A DNA stretch of 64,000 bases from a virus: the IMG/VR virus record IMGVR_UViG_3300005805_000047, positions 1 to 64,000 of that record; one strand, written 5' to 3'. The stretch's first letter is position 1, and every line of letters begins with the position of its first letter. The translations under genes were made by a program, and so were the position numbers. Of this stretch, positions 38,435 to 50,000 are shown one piece after another. The notes beneath the pieces were generated by a model. The model saw only the letters and a program-made list of their open reading frames with translations. It made no database searches and had not been told where the DNA came from.

Positions 38435-39226
38435 CTATTTCCTTCGGGCGCCCCATGCTGGGCAAATTTTCTTGTAGTAGCACCAATCGCACAGACGAGA
38501 AACTTTTGTGGGGAATTCACCAGTGCGCAGGGATGTTTGAATCTCCGAGTGAACATTTGCCACTCGCTCAAGCACTGCTTCGTCATCTTGTGCCGTAGTT
38601 GTCCTGCCAACCGATTTTCCATCCTTCAAATAAATAAGTTGAACTTCTTTGACTGATTTGTCAAGCGTTTTCTCAACAACCACTTTGTAGAGCAGTAGCT
38701 GAAACCACTTTTGATCCATGTAGGCGGCTCGTGGAAATTTTCCAGTCTTGTAGTCTGTGATTTTAATTCCATCGCCGACTTCGGTGATTCTGTCAACAAA
38801 ACCCTTTATTTTGATTCCCGGAAGAACCTCAACGTTGTATTCAGACTCAACACCAATTGGGTTTAGCTGTATCGGGTCTTCCACCATCCACAGGTTCTCT
38901 ACACACCACCACGACTTCCACCTGAACTCACGCATTTGCGATTCGTCCATGTTGAGTGCGGCAAGTCGTTCTATCCAACCCTTCGCCCATACAGCACGAG
39001 ACATTTGTTGAGCATTGGCCAATGTCCGCTGTTCGCTCGGAAGTCGATAAAGATTCTCTAACACTTCATGAACAAATGTGCCCATTACTTGTGCTTCGGT
39101 CTCTGGTTCTGGCATCCCATCAATGCGGCTGTACTTATACCGTTGAGGGCACTGCTCCCAAGTGGATATAGATGATGCCGAGAGATATTGAGGTGCTTTT
39201 AGTTCGGGGCTCTGTTCAGTAGTCAC
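38435..39226 (-). CDS. RecB/Cas4-like PD-(D/E)XK exonuclease with four Cys
   Basis: LSASSI..CP, GTFVHEVLE, GFVDRI, DYKTG, QLLLY, CDWC..C. Confidence 0.88.
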   Translation of the reverse strand: MTTEQSPELKAPQYLSASSISTWEQCPQRYKYSRIDGMPEPETEAQVMGTFVHEVLENLYRLPSEQRTLANAQQMSRAVWAKGWIERLAALNMDESQMREFRWKSWWCVENLWMVEDPIQLNPIGVESEYNVEVLPGIKIKGFVDRITEVGDGIKITDYKTGKFPRAAYMDQKWFQLLLYKVVVEKTLDKSVKEVQLIYLKDGKSVGRTTTAQDDEAVLERVANVHSEIQTSLRTGEFPTKVSRLCDWCYYKKICPAWGARRK

Positions 39227-39238
39227 CGAACAACCTTA

Positions 39239-39886
39239 CTACTTCTCAAAGCTGAGTCTTACCGCCTCTGCCTGAAGTTCTTGAAGTTGATCGAGAGTGG
39301 CATCGCTTGACCGCCGAGGCTTCGGTGCATTGTTTGAAAGTTTCGCCCAGAGGTCATTGAGTTGCGAGCGCTTGGATTCGCTCAACCCCTTGCTAATGCT
39401 TACAAAGTTCTCCCATAGCTGGGTTGATTCATCGGCAGGGGCATCCATTGCTTGCTCAATCTCCATGGCGTCATCACTGCGAGCGAGATAGAGACCAACA
39501 CCGAGTGTTTGGGCGGCCTTCTTGAGGGCATCCGAAATTGCCCCCTTGAATTCATCGCCAAGGTCAACGATTGACCCCTGTTTGGTTCGCTTAATCTTCT
39601 GACCACCAATTCCATCGCGGGAAATTGGCAAACCATTGGTGTCCCAAACAAGTCGAACATGAGCAACAACAAAGTCGGGATCTATTGCATCGCGCTCACA
39701 GCGAACAATGGTAAAAGACCACTTGTCAACACCGAGCACCTTGTTTAGCCGGTTGATGACCTCGCTTACTGGTATGTACGTAAGATTGGTTCCACCCTTA
39801 TTGAGGGTTCGCTCCATCTCTTGTGGGAACGGTTCTGAAAGCGGACTGTAGAAGTCCTTTTTGTCTGTCTTTTCTGATTCACTCAT
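39239..39886 (-). CDS. Rad52/Rad22-family (Sak-like) ssDNA annealing protein
   Basis: LTYI..VINRLNKVLGVDKWS..KGAISDALKKAA..GVGLYL; GGAGG RBS before ATG 39886. Confidence 0.85.
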   Translation of the reverse strand: MSESEKTDKKDFYSPLSEPFPQEMERTLNKGGTNLTYIPVSEVINRLNKVLGVDKWSFTIVRCERDAIDPDFVVAHVRLVWDTNGLPISRDGIGGQKIKRTKQGSIVDLGDEFKGAISDALKKAAQTLGVGLYLARSDDAMEIEQAMDAPADESTQLWENFVSISKGLSESKRSQLNDLWAKLSNNAPKPRRSSDATLDQLQELQAEAVRLSFEK

Positions 39887-40403
39887 CGCTTGCTCCTCCA
39901 TTTGTGTTTCTTACTATTACACTCATGCGCGAATCGCCAGATTCGCAATAACTGTCAGCATTTATGCCAAGTTTCTGCAACTGGGTCACCTTCCAATAGG
40001 AGGGCTGAACGTAATTCAACATTGACTTAGCCAGATCTTCTGGATCAACCTTTATTTCGCCGGTATCCATGTCTATTGACATCTTGTGAAGTTTCTCGGC
40101 AACTGCACTCGCTAAATCTTTGTGCTGCCACTTGGTGCGTTTGGTGGAGTAACTTCGCTCAACCTCGCCACCGTTTGAAAGAATAATTTTGTCATCTTTC
40201 ATCATTGAGCCGACTTTCAATGCAAAGGAGTCGTAGGCAAATTTCAGTTCGGCTTTGGCTCTATTGAATGAAGCAAGCACTTCGCATGCCTCTTCTTGGG
40301 GTGGCTTACCAGAAAGGTAATCCTCAAGTCGACCTTCAAGATCGGACAATCTTTCGTAGAAATCGCCAAGCAGTAGGTCGGCGATGGATGGAGTTGTACT
40401 CAT
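39879..40403 (-). CDS. hypothetical protein
   Basis: 174-aa ORF in the recombination cluster. Confidence 0.7.
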   Translation of the reverse strand: MSTTPSIADLLLGDFYERLSDLEGRLEDYLSGKPPQEEACEVLASFNRAKAELKFAYDSFALKVGSMMKDDKIILSNGGEVERSYSTKRTKWQHKDLASAVAEKLHKMSIDMDTGEIKVDPEDLAKSMLNYVQPSYWKVTQLQKLGINADSYCESGDSRMSVIVRNTNGGASDE

Positions 40404-40440
40404 ATGCCTCGTAGTAAGTAGTGGTGATAATAGGAATTGC

Positions 40441-41745
40441 TCAGACGACGATAGCAGCCCTCTTACGCTGCGGCAACCCCAACCCAGTCAAATACCCAAA
40501 TGCCCCAGTCGCAGAGTCCACTTGGTCGTCGTGGTTGGACGCCTCGGGAAAGGTTGAAAGCTCATCTAGCCAGTCCGTCAACCAAGGACCACGGACGACA
40601 CGAACATTCCCATTCGCCGCCGCCGCGGCAAACGGCCTAGCCCGAGTGATTTTGTCACCAGTTGACCGAATACCCACAAAATCGTAACCAGGAACCACGT
40701 ATCGGGCATACTGGTCAACTAGGGCCTTTCCTGACGATCCGGGTTCTTGCTCCATCCTGATGGCAACACTAGGGCCGTCTTCGGCAGCGGTTTGTTGGAC
40801 TAATTGTTCTACTTTTTCACCCTTCACCCGAGCCCGTCTAACATCCAAGATATAGGAAATTCCCTTATCAAATAGCATAAGTGTTCCTACGGTCCAGTCT
40901 GGATCGGGGTTGTTGCTATTGGGTTCCGTGGCTGCTAGATCCCAAAACCTGACTGCTCTGGCCGAACTGCTGACTATTGGTATTTCATGCTGATCCACAA
41001 CAATGAAAGATGTTCGGTCAAACATTGAGCCAAGAGTGGTCGCCCACCAGTCACCCTCTTCAAGCCGTCGTCGCTCAAGGGGGTCGAGCGCTTGGAGTGA
41101 CCTGCGGTATGAGGAGGCATCAATGCCGGGGTTGTCGGTGAGCAAGGATGGCACGAATATCCGTTTTTCTTGCTTACCCTCAACGATGAAGCGTTGTCGA
41201 ACCCAGTTGGGGGCAGGGTTTGATGCGGCGCGCATCCTTAGGGGAACCTCTGAAAGAGAACCACTAACTGGCCGACGCAAACGAGAGAATAGGTATCGGT
41301 AATCTGACTCTCGGATTTCTGTGACCTCATCCATTCCAATGAACTGAAATTCCGAACCTTTATAGCGAAGGTAATCTCCGGCATTATTTAGGTATCCGAA
41401 GGAAATTCGCGCCCCAGAAGGAAATGTAGCTATGAAGCTGTTGTTATTCCAGTGGACGTCGTCATAGTTGGCAATCCACGATTTGAAGCGATCCATCAGG
41501 GCTCCGGGCAGAGAAAGGTCGGCAAAAGTGCGCCTAAAAAGGATTGCTGAGTAGTTCGGAACATCAACATACTGAAGGGCGGCCATCAGTAATGCCGAGG
41601 ATTTACCACCACCAGCGGCTCCACCAAATAAAGCCTCAAGCGAGTAGCACCTAAGGAAAACTTTCTGAGTCAGAGATGCTTCTTCTGGGCAATACAAGGG
41701 AGCCTTTGGCTCTAGGTACTCCTTAATTTTTTGCCAGTCTGCCAT
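40441..41745 (-). CDS. terL: terminase large subunit
   Basis: Walker A GGAAGGGKS, Walker B IGMDE, ASNP coupling motif, nuclease WDLA..EQEPGSSG..HDDQVD. Confidence 0.93.
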   Translation of the reverse strand: MADWQKIKEYLEPKAPLYCPEEASLTQKVFLRCYSLEALFGGAAGGGKSSALLMAALQYVDVPNYSAILFRRTFADLSLPGALMDRFKSWIANYDDVHWNNNSFIATFPSGARISFGYLNNAGDYLRYKGSEFQFIGMDEVTEIRESDYRYLFSRLRRPVSGSLSEVPLRMRAASNPAPNWVRQRFIVEGKQEKRIFVPSLLTDNPGIDASSYRRSLQALDPLERRRLEEGDWWATTLGSMFDRTSFIVVDQHEIPIVSSSARAVRFWDLAATEPNSNNPDPDWTVGTLMLFDKGISYILDVRRARVKGEKVEQLVQQTAAEDGPSVAIRMEQEPGSSGKALVDQYARYVVPGYDFVGIRSTGDKITRARPFAAAAANGNVRVVRGPWLTDWLDELSTFPEASNHDDQVDSATGAFGYLTGLGLPQRKRAAIVV

Positions 41746-41810
41746 CGTGCTTCCTGTATCAACTATGCTTGCCCGTATCGTAAAATGTATAAGTACAAAC
41801 GGGGGTGAGC

Positions 41811-41981
41811 ATGAACAAAATAAAAGTGTTTCTTACCAACCGCTCAAATGTTGCTAACATTCTAATGGCTTCGTTCGTGCTTCTGACTGCAGTAGGTGCC
41901 GGTTTGATTTTTTTTCCGGCTGGCTTAATTGTCGCTGGAGTAAGTTGCGGCGCTGTCGGACTTTTGCTTGGACTCGAGTAG
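41811..41981 (+). CDS. small two-helix membrane protein upstream of the portal
   Basis: Hand translation MNKIKVFLTNRSNVANILMASFVLLTAVGAGLIFFPAGLIVAGVSCGAVGLLLGLE* (56 aa, not in the ORF track). Confidence 0.7.
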   Translation: MNKIKVFLTNRSNVANILMASFVLLTAVGAGLIFFPAGLIVAGVSCGAVGLLLGLE

Positions 41982-41984
41982 TAA

Positions 41985-43985
41985 ATGGCTTGGAACTCAC
42001 CTAAAAACAAGGGATCGCTTGCTTCATCTGGCAAGTCAGCAGTTGGCCCCGGTGCGCCCATCGCCCAAACGCTTGGACTTGTTGGAAAATCCTACAAAGA
42101 TTCGTGGGACATTGAACGCGCCTACCGAGAGGGTATGCAACGCGTTACTTGGGTTGCTCGTTGTATTGATGTCATAGCAGGGAACCAAGCACGTCTGCCA
42201 ATTATTTTGCGGAAAGACAATTCCCCCGATGGAGAAATTCTTTCTGACAAGAAGATGAACAAATCATCTTTGCTTGAAGTTTTGAATACAAAATCAAACA
42301 TTGGCGAGAATGCTTTCATTTTCAGATACAGACTCTCAGCACAATTGCTCCTCGGCACCCGTGGTGCCTTCATTGAGAAGGTTCGTGGCAGGGATGGAAG
42401 TATCGTCGGACTAAATCTTTTGCCACCCCAAGCAACTGCCCCGATTCCCGATGCAAAGAAATTTGTTTCTGGTTATGAAGTGACACTGCCTCATGGTCAG
42501 ACAACAATTCTAAAGCCAGAGGATGTTGTTTGGGTTCGCCGACCACACCCACTTGACCCCTATCTCTCGCTAACACCCATGGAAGCAGCTGGGGTTGCTA
42601 TTGAGATAGAGAATTTTGCCAAACTTTACAATAGAAATTTCTTAATGAATGACGGTAGACCCGGCGGTTTGCTCGTCGTTCGTGGAATGCTTGACGAGGA
42701 AGACAAGGAAGAACTAAGGAATAGGTTTAGAGGAAATCTTTCTCGCGCTGGACAAACAACCGTTCTTGCCGCAGATGACGGTGCCGAATATGTTGATGTC
42801 GGCGCTTCGCCACGAGATGCTGCCTACATCCAAATGAGGCAAATAACAAAGGAGGAAATCCTTGCTTCATTCGGTGTTCCCGAATCTGTTATCGGCAATG
42901 CTTCTGGTCGAACATTTTCAAATGCTTCCGAGGAAATACGAGTGTTTTGGACCGAGACAATGCTTCCACACTTGGAGCCGATTGCCAGATCTCTTGATGA
43001 GTTAGATGATGTCAACTATGTGGACTTTGATACCAGTGAAGTGCCGGTTCTTATGCTCTACAAACAAGAACGAGAGCGCTACCTAAGTGACGAGTTCTCT
43101 CGAGGTCTCATTAGCCTCAACGAATACCGAATGGGAAGTGGTCGCAAAGAGGTTCAATCGGATCTCGCGGATTCATTGTTGATGAACCCGAACCTCACTC
43201 CAATTGGTAATACGAAAAAGAAAATGGAAGCACCACCAATGATGATGCCGGGTGGTCCGCCACAGGGTGCCGTACCCGGAATGGAAGCAGGCGGGCAACC
43301 TCCAGCAATGCCAGAAATGCCGGGGGCAGGCACTCCACCAGCACCAGAAGGTGCAGAGCCAGACACAATGGCTGGGGCAATCGCCGCCGCCATGCAGCAA
43401 GCCAACCCATCTGGGGCAACCGATGTCCCAATGGCAACGGCAGAGCCAGCACCAATTGGTCAAGTTCCAGTCGAGGTGAAAGAAGCAGATTCAGAGAGGG
43501 CAGTGGAGCGATGGGCAGAAATACTTGGACGCTCATTGGAACGACTCATTGAAAGACAGCAAAGAGTTGTTATGGAGAAGTCCTTTGGGTCGAAGTCAAG
43601 GAAGGCACTGTCATCTGGAACCCTTGAATCTTCATCGGTGTTCAACAAGGACATCTGGGTCAAGCAATTGGAAGACGATGTTCGTCCAGTACTGTTCGCC
43701 ATCATGCAGGACTCAGCAGAATCTAACGGCCTGCCAAAACCAGAAAAGAAAGACATGTTGAAAGCGGCAGAACTGAGCTTGTTGCAACTCCAGGATTTAA
43801 ATGAACAAATTGGCAGAGATATTGAAACGGCAATTAAGTCAGCAATCTCCACAACGGGCGAAAATGCTCGGTCGGCTGTGTTCCGAGAAACCCTTATTGA
43901 GAGCTATGCCCAGATTGATGCCAAGGATCGATTTGTTCTCGCTCAGCATGTTGCGTCATCGCTTTGGGGTCAATTTAGTAATTAG
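41985..43985 (+). CDS. HK97-family portal protein with C-terminal extension
   Basis: WVARCIDVIA, LLLGTRGAF, NDGRPGG, EILASFGVP, FWTETMLP, SLNEYR; ~250 extra residues after the portal fold. Confidence 0.92.
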   Translation: MAWNSPKNKGSLASSGKSAVGPGAPIAQTLGLVGKSYKDSWDIERAYREGMQRVTWVARCIDVIAGNQARLPIILRKDNSPDGEILSDKKMNKSSLLEVLNTKSNIGENAFIFRYRLSAQLLLGTRGAFIEKVRGRDGSIVGLNLLPPQATAPIPDAKKFVSGYEVTLPHGQTTILKPEDVVWVRRPHPLDPYLSLTPMEAAGVAIEIENFAKLYNRNFLMNDGRPGGLLVVRGMLDEEDKEELRNRFRGNLSRAGQTTVLAADDGAEYVDVGASPRDAAYIQMRQITKEEILASFGVPESVIGNASGRTFSNASEEIRVFWTETMLPHLEPIARSLDELDDVNYVDFDTSEVPVLMLYKQERERYLSDEFSRGLISLNEYRMGSGRKEVQSDLADSLLMNPNLTPIGNTKKKMEAPPMMMPGGPPQGAVPGMEAGGQPPAMPEMPGAGTPPAPEGAEPDTMAGAIAAAMQQANPSGATDVPMATAEPAPIGQVPVEVKEADSERAVERWAEILGRSLERLIERQQRVVMEKSFGSKSRKALSSGTLESSSVFNKDIWVKQLEDDVRPVLFAIMQDSAESNGLPKPEKKDMLKAAELSLLQLQDLNEQIGRDIETAIKSAISTTGENARSAVFRETLIESYAQIDAKDRFVLAQHVASSLWGQFSN

Positions 43986-44075
43986 GAATTGCTATTACTG
44001 AATTGATAGTAGTAGTTGCGTCAACCCCAGTAAATGTTGGTTTATCATTACTGAGCGCAACACCGGCAAGGCAGG

Positions 44076-47000
44076 ATGATGGACAACCTTCTTTTTAAGT
44101 CAGGCAACAGTGGTCAAGTAAACATTGATGAGGCGCAGGGCATAGTTGAGTGCTTTGTAGCTGGAATCGGAAACAAGGACTCTGTCGGCGATGTTGTTAT
44201 TTCTGGTGCATTTGCCAAGAGCCTTCTCAGAAGAAAACCACGAGTCGTTTGGGGGCATTCGTGGAATGATCCAATCGGTAAAGTTTTGGAAATGTACGAA
44301 GTTCCCATTGGGGACTATCGCCTACCAGCCAAGATGCGCAATGCAGGAATTGGCGGTCTTTATGCCAAGGTTCAGTTCAACCTAAATTCAGAAAAAGGCA
44401 AAGAGGCTTTTGCGACCGTTGCATTCTTCGGCGAAGATCAAGAGTGGTCTATTGGTTACAAAACCATCGATTCAGTTTTTGACCCAAACCTGCAAGCAAA
44501 CATTCTCAAAGAAGTTGAACTGTACGAAGTATCACCAGTTCTTCATGGCGCAAATCAACTAACTGGAACAATCTCAATTAAGGGCGATGAGAAGGGTCAT
44601 ATGCCCATTATTCCAATGCCGGGAATGGGGGCAACAATGATGCAGGAAATGCCCCGCATTGTTGTTATTGCTGCCCCACAGGATGGTGCCAACGAATCAA
44701 GTGAAGGCGACCCATTTGCTGCAGGAATGTCACAGGAACTTTCACAGCCAGACAAGATGGCACTTCAAGCAGAACTAACTGAACGAACTGGTTCGAAGAT
44801 TGAAGTAATGAATGCAACCGAGAACACCGTCGTGTTTAGACGTACAACACAAGATGGCAAAGCATCGATGTACAGACTCCCTTATCACAGGGAGGGTGAC
44901 CAATATATGTTTGGAAAGCCAGAACCATACACCGCAAACAACCCGACACCTCAACCAATGCAGAATATTGAGCAGAAGCCAGGTGCACCAGTCGTCGTCC
45001 CAAATGGTGGTATTGCATATCGCAATGATGACCAACAAGAAATGCTAAGTATGTTCTCCAACGAGAACATGGTTCAGTCGCCATGGGGTAAGTCAGATGT
45101 ATCCCACCTCATTGAACTACCAGAGTCATACATGGCGAGTGCGAAAGATTTTATTTCTCCAGTTCTTCGCCACCACAAACTTGCTGCCCGACCAAATGCT
45201 AAGGGAATTGTCATTGATGGGTTATTGACAGCAAATGCACTAGATGCTCTCCAGAATGCCGTCAAGGCTTTGGGAGCAACGCTCGGCCAAACGAGCGGAA
45301 ACATTGGCCAGGCAATTGGAAAGATTCGCGACCTTGCGCAAACATTCAATCCGTATGCGCTTGACGGTGACGGCGACGGGTTTGTTCAAGACGGAAGTGC
45401 ATTCCAAAGACCGTATATTCCTATCAAGAAGCCTGGTTTTGATTTACCAGATGTCCGAGGTCGCAAGCGAAGCGGCGATGTACTACTTGACAAGCCACGC
45501 TCTACTCCGAAACTTCCCAAAGACAAGAACACTTGGACTCGCGCACAACGCAACGAAGCGCTACTTGCAGGCATTGTTGAACCAGAGACCAGAGAAGATG
45601 TTTCATTCCTTGCCAATCGTCGCCCAGAAAATGAGGGACTTGCCAAGTATTGGGACATGTCGGAATCTGATCTCACTAAAGAGGGAAACCGACTCGTCAA
45701 TTCCAGAAGGCAATCCACTGGTGCTGAGAAGGAGAAGATTGACGAAGAGTTGCTGAAGGTTTCGCACGAATTCCAGCGACGCGCTTCGTATGCCGAAACA
45801 TTTGGTCAAGAGTTTGTGCCGCCAGCAAAACGCGAAGTCCCAGAAGCGATGGTTCCGGAAGCAGATAAGCCAAAGCCGGCCAAGCCAGGTAGAACAGAAG
45901 CAGAAGGTCTTGCATCTGCCGGAAAAGTGTTTGATGCCCTGAATACCGATGACCTGACAGATGGCAAGGGTTATCGAAAATGGGAAGACTTGGACGATGA
46001 CGAAAAGTTGGAAATGTTCCAAGAAGTCCAATATGACTACCTGTACGAAAACTACGGAAATCTTGGCGACGATGGTCTCGTTGAAGCAATGGAAGATCCT
46101 AGGTATGACGACGAAATCCTCGAACACGCAGAAATGGTTTATGACAAGATAAAAGCCAAGCGCGAAGAAGATGGCGACATGGCGGCAGATTCCGCTATGG
46201 ATAGGGCGCGCGAAGAGGATGGCTTTGGTTCACGTGGAGAAGAACCAGATGCTGATTCACTGGCTCAGCGCGACAGAGAGAGGGCACTTGACGAACAAGC
46301 AGATGCTGCTCTTGATCGTGCCCTTGAAGGTTTCATTGATAAATATGGCGAAGATGAGTTTGACAAGTTAACAGCAGAAGAGCAGGACATCCTCCTTGAG
46401 CAGGGCAGAGATCAAGCAAGGGGACTTGCATCATCTGGAAGCAAACTGCATACCAATACCGATGTATTGATGGAAATTGCTCGCCGCGATGGCTGGAGGG
46501 GTGGCGACAAGCAACCTCCTGTTAGGTCGTACCGAAAAGCACAGGAAGCCCTTGACGACTGGAACAAGCTCTCATTGGAAGAGCGCAACAGCCTGCTTGA
46601 TAACGATGAACCAACAATCAAAGAATTTGTGGATGCACTACTCAAAGCCCGCGACAACAGACTTGCTGGAATCAGATCCGTTCAAGCCGAGCGCAGAAAT
46701 GCCGAACGAAAGCGTCGTGCCGCAGAGGAAAAACTAAAGAGACAGTTTGCCCGCGGCGATACATCGGGCGTAGATACGAGTGCGCTTGCGGACTATTTCC
46801 CCGAGGACGAATACGGCAACCTTGGCCGAAGTGGTCGTGAGTATGTCGATGCTGTTTTGACAAACTGGGCAGAAATGTCCCAAGCTGACAGAGATAAAGC
46901 AATCCGCGATAACAGAACTATCGTCGAGGATCCAGATTCTGTTGTTGAGACCCTCAGGGATGCACTCAGTGAATACGGATACAAAAATCCCAAAATCGCA

Positions 47001-50000
47001 CAATTCCTTGATGAAGCAGAAGCAGAAGCAGACATGCTGGAGATGTCTGGTTTCGAATCGCGGGGTGAGGGCAAGTTCGGGTCAAACCCCGAGGACAGCA
47101 AGGCCGCACAAATATTTGATGCAATTCTTGACAAGTACTGGAAGATGTGGGGATTTGATGTTCCCGATGCAGATGACAAGGGTTGGGATGAGCCGTTTGG
47201 TTTTGCCAGTCTTGGAAATGACGAGGAAGTAAAGCAATCAAAACTTGATGAACTCGTTGGCGGTGTCAGGGAAAGATTGATTGCCGAACTTGAGACTGCC
47301 GATCCAGCAACATGGAGACCATCTTGGAGAAATGATTCTCTTCCAATCAATCCGATAACCGGAAAACCATACAGGGGCTTCAATGCATTCTGGTTGATGA
47401 TGCGCACAAGTGGCGAGAACTACAGAACTGGTCGGTTTGCTGGCTTTAATCAATTGAAAGCACGTGGTGCTCAAGTTCGCAAGGGCGAGAAGGGTGTTCC
47501 CATCCTGCGTCCACAGTTGGTCAAGAAGGAAGATGAAGACGGCAACATTAAGGAATTTGTTGTATTCCGTGGTGCAACCGTATTCAATATTGACCAAGCT
47601 GATGGTGGCGACGAGGCCCTCAGGGCAATACCGGCCGACCTGCCAGAGTCGCAAAGAATTGCAATCCTTGATGAAACATTGAAGGAACTTGGCGTAAGTG
47701 TTCGTACAGAGAACATCACACCGCACTACAACCCGGATGGCGATTACATCTCCATGCCAGATTTCTCAAAGGGAACCAGCCCGCTTGAATGGACTTCAAC
47801 ACTTGCCCATGAGGCAGTGCACTGGACTGGGCACAAGTCGCGCCTTGATCGACCAAGCCTCAGGGATTACAGTTCAGACAAGAAGGTCAGAGCATACGAG
47901 GAACTTGTAGCAGAAATTGGTTCCGCAATGTTGCTCGCCGCACACGGAATAGATGCTCCGTTCCGCCAGGATCACGCCCCATACATCAAGGGTTGGGTTT
48001 CGCTTTTGAAAGACGACCCTGATGCTCTTGGTAATGCATTCAAAGATGCGCAGGCCGCAGTCAACCACATGCTTGAGAAGTCACCAAACCTGCGCAAACT
48101 ATTCGGTGGTCTTGATAATGGCAAGAAAGCACCCGACGTTGATGCCTCAACAGAAGTCAATGTTCCTGTTGGTGCGAGCGAGGGTTTTGCATCGCTACAT
48201 CGCGTTCGCACCCCAGGTAGCGAAGCACTTGCTGGAGTTCTATATGACGACAACAGCGGCGAACTCATGGTCGGCTTCCTCAAGGGTAAGTCGTGGGATG
48301 ATTTGGGCGATGATGAGAGAATCGCTTGGATTGACCGCGTCAATGCAGGGCGCGCAGAAGTTGGTGGATACAAGCGTCCGCTTAACGACTCAGAAATTGA
48401 CGACTTGGCACGTGAAGCATACGAAGATGCTCGTGATGTTGGTTGGTACGTCTATGAAGGCGTCACCATGGAAGAAGTTCAGGAACTTGCCGCAGTAAAG
48501 AGCAAGGGTCGCCACATCAATGCCCTAAAGAAACTCAAGAAGGCCCGCAAGGCATCCGATGAAGATCAGTTCAACTTTTTTGGAAGGTCTGAGCGTGTCC
48601 AAGATGTAGCAAAGACAAAGCAGACCGATGGTTTCTCCTCGCGTGGTGGAAACGACAACATGATTGTCGAAAGAGACCCACGAACTGGTTATATAACAAT
48701 TAGTGCGATGGTTACGGGTGACCGTGGTGCCAGCGAAGAGAATCGCGGAACACGACGAATGAGGGTCATAGTTGCCGGCGGCTCAATAGCCGAAGCAAAA
48801 CGAAATTTCAGAAACAGAATGAAAGAGGACAAAGTTTCATTCGCTGGCGACAGTGATGGATTTGCCTCACGCGGACCTGCTGAACCAAACGAGGGATTGC
48901 GCCGGCATAAATTGATGCCAGTAGATATCCGTGAGAGAATGCCAGAACTTTACTCAACAGAAGATGTGGATACCGAAGATAAGATTTTGGCAGTAAAGTT
49001 TTTCTCACCATACTCCAATTGGACTTGGTACGGAGTTGAGTTTGACGGCGAAGATACTTTCTTTGGTTATGTAGAAGGATTTGAAAAAGAGTGGGGCAAC
49101 TTCTCCCTCAGTGAACTTGCTGGTGCACAGTTGGGTAATGGAATTCCTGCCGTTGAAAGGGACATGAGCTTCCGACCAACGAAGTTTGAGGATCTCAATG
49201 GCGAAGGAATGCCAACAATCACCGAGGATGGGTTTGCTTCCGGTGGCTCAAAGAGAATTGGTATTGAGCCGCAATACAACGATCCACGATGGATTGACAA
49301 AACCCAACAGCGAATTCTGAAACAAAATACAGACTGGAATAGTTTGTCACATGATGACCAAATTGATTGGGCAAACTCTTTCCTTGACGAGTATCTCAGA
49401 GAAAATGAAATGGGTCATGGTTTGTCGGATGTTGCCAACGGTCGCAGACTGACTGGTCGCCCAGACATTGACCTACTGAACTATGCAGAGGATGCATACA
49501 GCAAAATGTCAGATGCACATATGCGTAGGCGAGCCCAATTTGGTGAAACAGACGAAGGTTTTTCATCCGTTGGTCGTCGTACTCGCAGGCTCGGAACCAA
49601 GCCAAGCGATGCCGTTGACTACGTTGCGTGGGATCCAGAGACAGAGAGCCTCTTTGTTGCCTACAAGCGCGGTGACGGTCGTTCACAGATGTATGTCTAC
49701 GAAGGTGTCAACTCCGATGAGGCATTGGCAGTCGAGAATGCAGACAGCCTCGGTAAGGCAATCAACGCAATCAAGAGAGCCAAGAATGTCCGACAGGCAA
49801 CCCCAGAAGAAGTGATGGGTCTTGCCGATACGGATAAGAGAGAAGCGAGCGAGACAAGGAAGCGACTCGCCAGATTGGTGCTTGAAGAGACCAGAGATGC
49901 CCTCAAGGGGATGGAAGTTGAATTCTTGAGCGACACTGAAATAAATGTGTCGGATGGTTCAGAAAAAATGGTTCGCGTCTCCCTTGACCCGGACACATTG

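Noticed and set aside
38435-39226. Cas4 as part of a CRISPR-Cas locus
   Set aside because: No cas1, cas2 or array; its context next to a Rad52-like annealase indicates a recombination exonuclease.
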